From: Candidatus Latescibacterota bacterium
GTDB taxonomy: Bacteria > Latescibacterota > UBA2968 > GCA-2709665
DNA: 64,000 nt
Direction of reading: 5' to 3'
NCBI GenBank assembly: GCA_965222075.1
Contig: OZ244937.1
Location: forward strand, 1,696,001 to 1,760,000
Below, piece by piece: positions 31,090 through 40,085 of this stretch (positions are counted from its first letter, which is position 1; the number at the start of each line of letters is the position of its first letter). The notes beneath the pieces were generated by a model that made no database searches, was not told the origin of the DNA, and worked only from the letters and a program-made list of their open reading frames with translations. The position numbers were made by a program, and so were the translations under genes.

Positions 31090-31200
31090 TGAAAACCTCC
31101 TTGTTGGCGGCTCGAGGCGGTTTCAAATCGGCCCCTCAAGGTGGACGGGACGAGGTGGAACTCATGGCGTCCCACGGATCGCGATCGCCCATCGGTGGTG

Positions 31201-32505
31201 TCAACTCTTCCCCGGCACCGGAATCCCATACCGGTGAAGCGTGCTTTCCAGCGTCGGCCGGCCCAGACGAATCCGACCGTCGTTCAACAGGTAAGAGAAC
31301 AGGTACCCGGCGCCGAGCATGAGGATGCCGATGAGGAAGCAGTACATGACGGCTCTGTCGGGATAGACATCCTTCAAATGCCCTACGTACAGTGGTCCGG
31401 AGATCCCGGCGGCGGCCCACGCCGTCAGAACCGCGCCGTAGATCGTGGACATCTTCCTGGTACCGAAAACGTCGAGAACGAAGGGAGGCATGGTGGCGAA
31501 TCCACCTCCGAAACAGAGCAGGACATAGCAGACCAGGACGGAGAAAACCCAGGGGTTGGTCTCCGTCATGAGAACCCCGAAGACGACCATTTGACTGGCA
31601 AGCAGCACCCTGAAAACCGTGGCCCGGCCGATGCGGTCCGAAAGCAATCCCCAGAAGAGGCGCCCCAACCCGTTGCAAATCGAGCTGACGGCAATGAGCG
31701 TCGCGCCGTAAGCGGCAAGCGTGGTCGGCTCGACCGAGGGATCGGCCAGGCCCCAGACCTCCTGAAGGAGCTCCGACTGAAAGCTGACCACCGAGATCCC
31801 CGCGGCGATATTGAAGAAGAAAACGATCCACATGATGATGAATTGGGTGGTGCGCAGGTACGCGCCGGCAGACTCCGGCTCCCCGAATCCCGCGGGCTCG
31901 CCCGCGCTGCTGCCGGTCCGGGACTCGGACTCTGGGGGATTGCTCAAGACAAGGCTGCAGGGAATCAGAATGCAAGCGAATACGACGCCAAGCCAGATGA
32001 AGACGAGCGGCAGTTGTCCACCGACCTGCACGATGAGTAAGGGCGCCAGACCCTTGCTCAGAAGAAACGCCCCCACGCCAAAGCCCATCACCACAATGCC
32101 GATGGCCAATCCTTTATGGTCGGGAAACCACTTCGCCACCGTTGCGACCGGCGTCACATAACCCAGCCCGATTCCCGCCCCGCCGATCACACCGTAACCC
32201 AGATAGAAGAGCGGTATGGAATCCAGATGAAGCGCCGCGCCCGAAATCAGGTACCCGCTTGAGAACATGATGCTGCCGGCCACCGCAAGCCGCCTCGGAC
32301 CCAACCGGGGCAGCATGTTTCCCGCCCAGGCCGCCGATACGCCAAGCGAGAAAATCGCGATACTGAAGGCCCAGGCCGTCTCGGTATGGGTCCAGCCGAC
32401 CTGCCTTACCAGCATCGTCTGGAAGAAACTCCACGCGTATACCGTGCCAAAGCAGATCTGCAGCACCGTGCAGAAGAGTGCGATGGCGCTTCGCGGAATG
32501 CGCAT
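31201..32505 (-). CDS. OFA-family (oxalate/formate antiporter-like) MFS transporter
   Basis: GTVYAWS, KWFPDHKGLA.G, NGLGRLFWG.LSDRIGR, FGGGF. Confidence 0.9.
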   Translation of the reverse strand: MRIPRSAIALFCTVLQICFGTVYAWSFFQTMLVRQVGWTHTETAWAFSIAIFSLGVSAAWAGNMLPRLGPRRLAVAGSIMFSSGYLISGAALHLDSIPLFYLGYGVIGGAGIGLGYVTPVATVAKWFPDHKGLAIGIVVMGFGVGAFLLSKGLAPLLIVQVGGQLPLVFIWLGVVFACILIPCSLVLSNPPESESRTGSSAGEPAGFGEPESAGAYLRTTQFIIMWIVFFFNIAAGISVVSFQSELLQEVWGLADPSVEPTTLAAYGATLIAVSSICNGLGRLFWGLLSDRIGRATVFRVLLASQMVVFGVLMTETNPWVFSVLVCYVLLCFGGGFATMPPFVLDVFGTRKMSTIYGAVLTAWAAAGISGPLYVGHLKDVYPDRAVMYCFLIGILMLGAGYLFSYLLNDGRIRLGRPTLESTLHRYGIPVPGKS

Positions 32506-32520
32506 CTGTTGATCCTCCCT

Positions 32521-33264
32521 CTACCGAGCGCTCCCCGGCGGCGCCCCGGACCTCTCCGAACCGGACGAATGTCCGGAAACGTAACGGAAGAGGCGAGCCA
32601 GATCCCCTACTTCATCGTCGCGGGCCAGGAGCTCGTCGTCCGGCGTCTTGTCCTTCCCCTGGTCATCGGCCAACTCCACGGCGTAGGCAAGAAGTCCTCC
32701 CAGCGGTTTTGCGGCCAGGTTGACCAGCCAGATCGAAGCCAGGACGCCAACGACGAGAAAGATGCAGATGAGGATGACTTGCTGGCCGATGGCTCGCTGA
32801 ATCTTGAGCGCGACGATGTCCATATCCATGCCCACGTGTACCGTACCGGCGACGCCGGCCAGGATCGGGCTGCCGACTTCTATGAAATCGCCCATGCCCG
32901 GGATGCTTCGTTCGACCGGCTCGGTGCTGGACGGATCGCTTGCGAGGATCTCCTCGGGTATGCCGGGTACGAAGGTATGAGCCAGATACTCGCCTTTCTC
33001 ACTGGTGATGTAGATGTAGCGGATGCCCTGAATCTCGACGAACTGGTCGATCAGCGACTGCAGCGTCGCCAGGTTCCTGTTCAGAAGGATGTCCACGCTG
33101 GAATCGGCAATGCTCTTCGCGATGTTCCTGCTGTTGGTCTCGTACTCCGCCGACAACTGAGTGTCAACGGTGTAGATACACAGAACGGACGTTGACAGGA
33201 CGATCATCCCGAAGAGCGCGAAGATGCCGAACCGGGTTTTCTGAAAGAGCTTCTGGATTTTCAT
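32521..33264 (-). CDS. Two-TM sensor-like protein ending in a HAMP-like segment, no output domain
   Basis: TM, Cache-like domain (YLAHTF), TM, KPL...DEVGDLARLF then stop. Confidence 0.75.
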   Translation of the reverse strand: MKIQKLFQKTRFGIFALFGMIVLSTSVLCIYTVDTQLSAEYETNSRNIAKSIADSSVDILLNRNLATLQSLIDQFVEIQGIRYIYITSEKGEYLAHTFVPGIPEEILASDPSSTEPVERSIPGMGDFIEVGSPILAGVAGTVHVGMDMDIVALKIQRAIGQQVILICIFLVVGVLASIWLVNLAAKPLGGLLAYAVELADDQGKDKTPDDELLARDDEVGDLARLFRYVSGHSSGSERSGAPPGSAR

Positions 33265-33265
33265 T

Positions 33266-34636
33266 TCACGAGAGCCAGTTTTGCCAGTCGTCCAGGGTCA
33301 CGAAGCGGCCGTCCTGAACGACGGTATAGTAGACGGTCTGGAGCCCCTGTCGACGGTCTGGCCCGAAAGAGACCTTTTCACCGATCCCAAGGTCGAAGTC
33401 CCGCACCGAGAAGACCGCTTCCTCCAGCCCGACCCTGTCGGGCTCTCCTCCCAGGCGCCGCAGAATCTCGGTCATCAGCTTGGCGTCGAGAAAGCCCTCC
33501 AGGCTGACGAAGCTCTGCGGAAATGGGCTGTAGGGCTCCTTGACAAGCTCCCCGGGGACTTCGGGATCGTAGCGCGCCATCAGATCACGATACTCCCGCA
33601 CCGCCGGAATGGAAGTGTCCTCATAGCTGGGAACGACCTGGGAGTTGACCAGCAGCCGCGTATAGGGCTCGGCGTCGTCCCGACCCTCGGTTAGGAGTTG
33701 GAGGAGGTTCTCGCTTCCCACGAAGGAAAGATTGGCCATCGGGACCCGAAGGCCCAGGTCAACGGCGTCGCGCGCGAAGGCGGCGCACGCGGCGTACGAC
33801 CCGATGCAGATCACGGCGTCGGGCGAAGCAGCCTGCAGGATTTCGACCTGCCGCCTCATGCTGCCGGTGAACCTCTGTCCGCGGCGGTAGGTGGCCTCAC
33901 CGACAAGTTGCTCGCCGTGCGCCTCCAGGGCCGCCCTTACACCCGCCCATCCACTCCGGCCGTACGCGTCGGCCTGATAGAACACAGCGATGCGCTTTCT
34001 TCCAACCCGAATGAAGTTGTCGACGAGGCCGGCGGTCTCCTGACGGTAGGACGCCCGGAGGTTGAAGGCGAAGTCACCGTACGGAGGCTCCCTTTGGGGC
34101 TGAGCACCGGTAAAGGGGAAGAACAGGTAGACCCGCTCGTCCTGGAACTTCTTCAACAGGGGCAGCGCGCGGGTCACGGTCGGCGTCCCCACGTAGCCGA
34201 ACAGCAGGAACACGCGGTCCTCCAGCATGAGCTTCATGGTGTTCCGAACGCACGGATCCGGCTGGTATCCATCGTCGTAAAGCTTGAAGACGATCTTGCG
34301 CCCGCCGACGCCACCGTTGTCGTTGACGTGGCTGAAGTAGGCTTTGGCGCCGCGATAGAGCTCGCTGCCCAACCCCCGTGAAGGGCCGGAAAACGCGGCG
34401 GACATACCCAGGACGATCTCATCGTCAACCGGGCCTTCCGGCCCTGCTCCACGCCTTTGGTCCTCTGCTAAAACCCTGTCCAATCCCCCTATTTCGGCTC
34501 CGGCGTTCCTCCAACTCCCCCAGGAAATCGCCAGCAACCCGGCAAGGCCGCGACGGAGCAGCGACCTCCGCGTCAAGACCGGCGCTCGGTCCTCCCGCGC
34601 GTCGCCGTCTCCTCCGGCACCATCACGAATATTCAT
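33266..34636 (-). CDS. LivJ-like periplasmic binding protein, Tat signal
   Basis: TRRSLL; LGMSAAFSGP, NGGVGGR, DDGYQP, YVGTPT. Confidence 0.9.
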   Translation of the reverse strand: MNIRDGAGGDGDAREDRAPVLTRRSLLRRGLAGLLAISWGSWRNAGAEIGGLDRVLAEDQRRGAGPEGPVDDEIVLGMSAAFSGPSRGLGSELYRGAKAYFSHVNDNGGVGGRKIVFKLYDDGYQPDPCVRNTMKLMLEDRVFLLFGYVGTPTVTRALPLLKKFQDERVYLFFPFTGAQPQREPPYGDFAFNLRASYRQETAGLVDNFIRVGRKRIAVFYQADAYGRSGWAGVRAALEAHGEQLVGEATYRRGQRFTGSMRRQVEILQAASPDAVICIGSYAACAAFARDAVDLGLRVPMANLSFVGSENLLQLLTEGRDDAEPYTRLLVNSQVVPSYEDTSIPAVREYRDLMARYDPEVPGELVKEPYSPFPQSFVSLEGFLDAKLMTEILRRLGGEPDRVGLEEAVFSVRDFDLGIGEKVSFGPDRRQGLQTVYYTVVQDGRFVTLDDWQNWLS

Positions 34637-34690
34637 TCCGTTCCTCGTCTCCTGGAGAATCCTCCAGGCTCGGGGCGACAGCTCAACTGC

Positions 34691-35807
34691 TCAGAAATTG
34701 TAGGTAAAGTGGATATCCACCCGGTTGGCGATCCCGTCGTCCAGTTCCTTGTACCCGGTCGTCCAGTGCAAATACTCGACCGCCACCTGGAATTTCTTCC
34801 AGGGCCGGTAGCGGCCCACCGCGTAAACGGCCTGATTCCTGATGCGTCCCCCGCTGGGCACGGCCTCCTCATCTGGCACCTCTATGGTCGCCCCGGCGTA
34901 CAGCTTCCACCGGTCGTTCGGCTTGATCACGACCTGGGCCCAACCCCCGGTGGAGGCGGTCTCCTCACCGGTCTCCCGGTTGATCCCCTGGCCGATGCCG
35001 CCGCGTATATCGGTGAGATTGCTGCCGGTCCAGCCTTCTCCTTCGATAGCCAGTTTATCAGTCAGGGATACCGAGGCGTCCAGGCCCACCACCACCGAGG
35101 TGAAACGGGTCTCGCCACCCACCGGGGTGGCTGTCTCCTCCATCGCCCAATGGGCCCACGCGCCGGCCTTGAATTTTTTCTGCGCCAGCCCCAGCCGCGC
35201 CTGCAAAAAGGGCAGCGCTGCGTCCCAGCCATCCAGAATGCCGTTTCCGTCCAGGTCTTTCTTGTCCACCGCCCCGGTCTGGCCTGCCGCCACCGCCAGG
35301 GAAAACCCGCCCTCAGGGCTTGTACGTGAGCCTCGCCTGGGGATGCCGGTCACCCAGGTTGCCCGCGTGCCACATCAGGCCGTCGTTGTTGGCTATCGGG
35401 AACAGCGGCGAAATCACGTCCCAGGTCTGGCCGGCCAAAAAGTGCCAATTCCCTCTCTGCAGATTGAAATAGGCCTGCCGAAGGCGCAGAATCTGGCGCG
35501 ACTCGCTGCCGCCATTCTGAAAATCGACCTCAACGAGGCCCTTTATGCTGGTATCCTTGTCCAATTCCACGGGCGTGAATCTGGCCCCTATCCGGGTGAG
35601 ACGCGGGTACATGGTCAAATTGCCGTCGTCTTCGGCGCCAGGCGCTTCCGGCTTTACCCAGAAGCCGAATTGGTGGCTTTGCATCCTTGAATCGTCGATA
35701 ACGGCGTCGAAGCGGACAAAACCGTAGATCGTGAATTCTCCGGCAAAGGCCCGATCCATCCGGCCCAGCAGACAGCCCAATATAGCTGCAGCAATTGCCT
35801 TTTTCAC
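34691..35807 (-). pseudogene. Outer-membrane porin (DcaP-like) with a single-base frameshift
   Basis: Signal peptide from GTG 35807, IYGFVRFD, RLRQAY, LAGQTW; AAG CCC TGA at ~35313-35321, one C less restores KPEGGF and joins the frame ending in TYNF. Confidence 0.8.
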
Positions 35808-35954
35808 GAATCGCTCCTTTGCAAATGAAGTTCCAGAGTCGGCACCTTGCCCAGGTGGTAGAGCACGCCCATCAGGGCGGAAAAGAAGATACAGGCTGAT
35901 TAACCGTTCCATCTGTACCCGCTTTCTCTAAAGAAGGAACGGAACCCGATTCTG

Positions 35955-36689
35955 TCAGGGCAAGACCCCCTGTTTCCCGATCCTCGCAAATCCCTCTGCA
36001 TACCGGCAGTCCGTCATCCCCGCCACATGCAGCGACTCGATCGCCCGGTAGCGCCCCAGAACCTCGTAGACCTCCGGCAGCGCGGGCTGCGCGGCCAGCC
36101 TCTTCAGCGCCTCCATCTTCCGGTCAAACACCGGGGTGATATCCACATAAAGATCGGGCACGAACCCCGACACCGGCACGGTCCCCATCGTCGTCTCGTA
36201 GCAGACCAGCGACGGCCGGGAACACGGCTCGTGCGCCGTCTCGATCCCTCCGGCATTGCAATAGGAGCAGGCCCACAGCGCCGCCTGCGTCGTCTCCACG
36301 TGGTCGGGATGCATCAGGTCGTTGATCCAGTGGCTCAGCACCAGATCGGGCCGGAACGCCCGGACTGCATCCAGCACCTGAAGCCTCCGCTCCGGTCCCA
36401 GAACCAGCGGGCTGTCTCCAAAATCAAAACAATCGATCGACGCCCCCAGGATGCTCGCGGCCGCCGCCATCTCCTCCTTCCGGATCGCCTTCACCTCCTC
36501 GATCGTGGGCCTCGGATTCCGCGCCCACAGCGCCGGCGACTCGCACCGCTCCCCGTACGTCAAATCGTAGACCTGCACCGTTCCCCCCGCCTCCACAAAC
36601 CGGATAATCGCCCCCCCCGCCCGCGAACAGAAATCCGCTGCGTGGGCGCTGAACACCAGCACCCGCATCCCGTCTTGAATCATCGTCAC
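35955..36689 (-). CDS. PIG-L family, GalB (4-oxalomesaconate hydratase)-like
   Basis: SAHAADFCSRAGGAI, YGERCES.ALW, HPDH, YVDIT. Confidence 0.75.
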   Translation of the reverse strand: MTMIQDGMRVLVFSAHAADFCSRAGGAIIRFVEAGGTVQVYDLTYGERCESPALWARNPRPTIEEVKAIRKEEMAAAASILGASIDCFDFGDSPLVLGPERRLQVLDAVRAFRPDLVLSHWINDLMHPDHVETTQAALWACSYCNAGGIETAHEPCSRPSLVCYETTMGTVPVSGFVPDLYVDITPVFDRKMEALKRLAAQPALPEVYEVLGRYRAIESLHVAGMTDCRYAEGFARIGKQGVLP

Positions 36690-36734
36690 CTCCTGATCGA
36701 ATCGTCAGACCCCGGTAGCGAGGGGAGAAATGCC

Positions 36735-37523
36735 TCACTCCTTCTGCTTATACTTTGCCCGGAACGCCTGCGACGACCCCTCATCCTGCGGCTCATACCC
36801 CAGCAATTCCCTGGCGTTGGACAGGTCCCACTTCTTCTCGCTCCCCCCTGATACTCCGTAGAAAATGCCGAACTTCACCTCTTCCCTCTCGATGCACCGC
36901 CAGACCATATCCGCCAGGTCCCGGCGACTCAACCACCGGGACAGACCGGGCTCATAATACCTTCCGGGGGCGTCTTCCCCATTGAAATTTGCGATCCGAA
37001 GACAAAGCACCCGGATGCCGTACCGATCCGAGTAGAACCGGCCCAGAGCCTCGCCGAAGGCCTTCCCTGTGCCGTAGATGCTGTCCGGCCGCACCGGCGT
37101 ATCCGGACGGGTGTAAATCCCCTCCTTCTCGTACATCCCGGTCACGTGATTGGTACTGGCAAAAATCACCGCCGGCACCTTGTTGATCCGGGCCGCCTCA
37201 TACATATTGTAGACCCCCGGCATATCCACCTCAAGCGTCGCCGCGGCAACCTCCTCCGGCGACATCCCGCCCCACCGCCGGATCGCCAGGTGAACAATCA
37301 CATCCACCCCGGCTGCGGCCTCCACCATCGCGTCATAATCGGACACATCCCCCCCCACCACCTCGTCCTCTTCGTAGAGATCGTCCGGAACGGTGGAACG
37401 GAGCACCAGCCGAAAATCGTAATGGTCCCGCAGATGCGTCCAGATGGTCCTCCCGATCTTCCCCGCCGCCCCGGTAATCAACAGTTTTTTACGTCCCGCC
37501 ATCCCTTTCATGACGGCGCCCAT
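36735..37523 (-). CDS. NAD-dependent epimerase/dehydrogenase, uronate dehydrogenase-like
   Basis: TGAAGKIG, FASTNH, RPDSIYGTGK. Confidence 0.88.
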   Translation of the reverse strand: MGAVMKGMAGRKKLLITGAAGKIGRTIWTHLRDHYDFRLVLRSTVPDDLYEEDEVVGGDVSDYDAMVEAAAGVDVIVHLAIRRWGGMSPEEVAAATLEVDMPGVYNMYEAARINKVPAVIFASTNHVTGMYEKEGIYTRPDTPVRPDSIYGTGKAFGEALGRFYSDRYGIRVLCLRIANFNGEDAPGRYYEPGLSRWLSRRDLADMVWRCIEREEVKFGIFYGVSGGSEKKWDLSNARELLGYEPQDEGSSQAFRAKYKQKE

Positions 37524-37552
37524 AAATCCCCCCCCGGGAAAAATCTACCGCG

Positions 37553-38308
37553 CTATGAGATTCCGTAAATCCTCGCCAGATTCTCTCCGAAGATCAGGGC
37601 CTCGGCCGCCTCGCCCAGATTCAGCCTCTGAATCGCCCGCTTCACCTGGATCGGCCGGTACTCCGGCAGGTTCGACCCGAACACCACCCGCTCCGGCCCC
37701 AGCTCCGCCGCGGCCCGCGCCACATCCACGGGCACCGTCTCCTCCGGATTGTCCGCCCACCGCTTGTGGAACCGCAGGATCGTCGTCCCCATATACACGT
37801 TTTTGTGCTCCCGGCAGACCGCCAGCGCCTCCTCAAAGTGGTCCGGAAACCCCATGTGGTCCATAACGATCGGTGCCTCCGGAATAAGCCGGGCGACCGC
37901 CCCGACCCGGTCGGCGCTGCAGTTTCCCACACCCGTGTGGATCGACACCACGATCCCCAGGTCCCGGGCTGCCTCGACGAAGGGAAACACCATCGGATCG
38001 TCCACCTCAAACTTGTGAATCACCCCCATCAGCTTCATCCCCTTCGCCCCCCGGTCCACGTACCCCTTCAACGCGGCGACCCCCTCCTCGCCCCGGTGGG
38101 GATCCATCATCACGCAGGGCAGCAGATTCGGAAACTCCGCCGTCTTCTCCAGCAGCCCGCCGTTGTCCGGGTCCACCTTTGGCTGCGGCATCACCACCGC
38201 CATATCAAATCCCGCCTCCGCCTCGCATTCCAAAAGCGCCGCCACCGTCATCGGATGCCCATACCAGTCATCTGCCAGGTAGGCCTCAAAATCCGCCGTC
38301 ACGGCCAT
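37553..38308 (-). CDS. Amidohydrolase_2 family
   Basis: GMKL, IHTG, MDHMG, VFGSNLP. Confidence 0.85.
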   Translation of the reverse strand: MAVTADFEAYLADDWYGHPMTVAALLECEAEAGFDMAVVMPQPKVDPDNGGLLEKTAEFPNLLPCVMMDPHRGEEGVAALKGYVDRGAKGMKLMGVIHKFEVDDPMVFPFVEAARDLGIVVSIHTGVGNCSADRVGAVARLIPEAPIVMDHMGFPDHFEEALAVCREHKNVYMGTTILRFHKRWADNPEETVPVDVARAAAELGPERVVFGSNLPEYRPIQVKRAIQRLNLGEAAEALIFGENLARIYGIS

Positions 38309-38334
38309 ATTCTACATCCTCCATTTACGATGTC

Positions 38335-39132
38335 TTACCCCAGCTGAAGCGCCCGCCACCGGTCGTAAGCGGGGCGCATGGCCTCCGGCAAATACCCTCG
38401 CACGTTGTCGGCCAGCATCCACTTGAGCCGCTTGTCCGTCTCTTCCAGCTCCTCGCCCTCCTGGTGCTTTGCCCAGCTTCCGGCTAAGGTCAGGCGCTCC
38501 GGATGCACCTTATAGATGCCCCGGTGAATGGTATTGCCGGCCCAGAAGATCGTCTGCCCCGCCTTCAGCACCATCACTTTCTGGGTGGAGATATCCCCGT
38601 GGCGTGTGTTCAGCAGACACTCCCGCTCCTCATCCGTCCGGTACCGCCTGTGGCTGCCCGGCACGAGCTGGAGGCAGGAATCGTCCACCAGCGCCAGGTG
38701 CCACTTCAGCCGGTTCAGGGGCCGGTTCAGAATCTCCATCTCCACCTCGTACGAGCCATCCCGCTCGTTCCCCCCGAAATCCCGGTGCCACCCGCCGCTC
38801 CAGTCGGCCGCGTGCGGGGTGGTGAAAATCACCACCCCGCCCAGCCGCAGTTCGCTGCCCAGGAAAAGCTCCACATATTTCATCACCGGATCGGACATCA
38901 GGTAGTCCGCAAAGACCGGCTCCTCGAACTCCGGCGCGAACAGCCCCCGGATCGCCCAGGCGTCCCCCTCCAGGGTACGGTGCGTAAAGACATCCACCTC
39001 CCCCGATCGGACCTTCTGCTTCACCCGCCGGGTCGCCTGCAGAAGGGACTCCAGCATATCGGGCGCCACCGCGTCTTCCACGACAAAATACCCCTGGGTC
39101 TCATACTGTTCCACCATCTCTTTCAAAGCCAT
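38335..39132 (-). CDS. Phytanoyl-CoA dioxygenase (PhyH) family
   Basis: GYFVVE, WHRD, VPGSH, IHRG. Confidence 0.88.
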   Translation of the reverse strand: MALKEMVEQYETQGYFVVEDAVAPDMLESLLQATRRVKQKVRSGEVDVFTHRTLEGDAWAIRGLFAPEFEEPVFADYLMSDPVMKYVELFLGSELRLGGVVIFTTPHAADWSGGWHRDFGGNERDGSYEVEMEILNRPLNRLKWHLALVDDSCLQLVPGSHRRYRTDEERECLLNTRHGDISTQKVMVLKAGQTIFWAGNTIHRGIYKVHPERLTLAGSWAKHQEGEELEETDKRLKWMLADNVRGYLPEAMRPAYDRWRALQLG

Positions 39133-39243
39133 ACGCCAGATCCTCCATATTGGGATACGAGGTTCATCAGGGTGGCTTGCACGGCAGGCAGAGAGCCTGT
39201 TTCATGATAGCTCCAGAATCGATAGATGTCAATCACGTTCTTT

Positions 39244-39278
39244 GCAAAAAAATAGCGTGGGGACCAACCCCACGCTAC
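39244..39278 (-). terminator. Terminator after yceI built on a GTAG-REP-like hairpin
   Basis: Minus strand GTAGCGTGGGG-TTGGT-CCCCACGCTA-TTTTTTT. Confidence 0.75.
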
Positions 39279-39301
39279 GGAAACAGCGATTTCCTCTCGA
39301 T

Positions 39302-39913
39302 TTACTTGCCGCCCGGATTCTCGGCCGTCTTCATCCCGGCGGCCTCGATATTCAGAGAAACCTTGATCTCATCTCCCAACATGCCAGCCTTATCCACCCA
39401 GTTATTCACCCCGAAATCCGACCGTTTAACCGTCAATTCGGCGGCAAACCCTGCCACGGGGGCCTTCGACATGGGATGGGTGCCTACCCCCAGGACTTCA
39501 ATGGGCAGGACCGCACGCCTGGTGACCCCGTGCATGGTCAGGTCGCCGGTAACCATCAGCTTCTCGTCCTGCTTCTTCGCCCCAGTACTCTTGAAGGTGA
39601 TCTGGGGATACTTCTCCGCATCGAAAAAATCGGCGCTCCTGAGGTGGTTGTCCCGTCTCTCATTGTTGGTATTGATGCTTGCAACCTTGATGGTCGCCTC
39701 AACCGAAGACGTCTCAGGATGATTCGGATCGTACATAATGGTGCCGGAAAAATCCGTGAACGACCCACCAACACGACTGAAGATGTGGCGAATGGTAAAC
39801 CCGACCGAGGAATGCACCGTATCGATACTGTAGGTATCGGCAGCGCCCGTACCTGCCAGAAGGAAAACGGCCAGAACCCCGATACCCAGCGAACGCATAT
39901 ATCTTGCAAACAT
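39302..39913 (-). CDS. yceI: YceI-family protein
   Basis: Signal peptide; IDTVHSSVGF, RDNHLRSADFFD, GDLTMHGVT, KRSDFG. Confidence 0.93.
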   Translation of the reverse strand: MFARYMRSLGIGVLAVFLLAGTGAADTYSIDTVHSSVGFTIRHIFSRVGGSFTDFSGTIMYDPNHPETSSVEATIKVASINTNNERRDNHLRSADFFDAEKYPQITFKSTGAKKQDEKLMVTGDLTMHGVTRRAVLPIEVLGVGTHPMSKAPVAGFAAELTVKRSDFGVNNWVDKAGMLGDEIKVSLNIEAAGMKTAENPGGK

Positions 39914-40085
39914 ACTGCTTCCCCCCTATGTTGGTTAGACAGAGTGCCCGTATGCTCTGCCGGTGTGAATTTGAAGCGGGCGTCCACGCAATATATACCC
40001 CTGAACTCGTGAGATCAACACATATCTATCCGTGGGCGTATCAAGACGCAATCCGCTTCACCACAACTGACGACTCCCTGATTTT

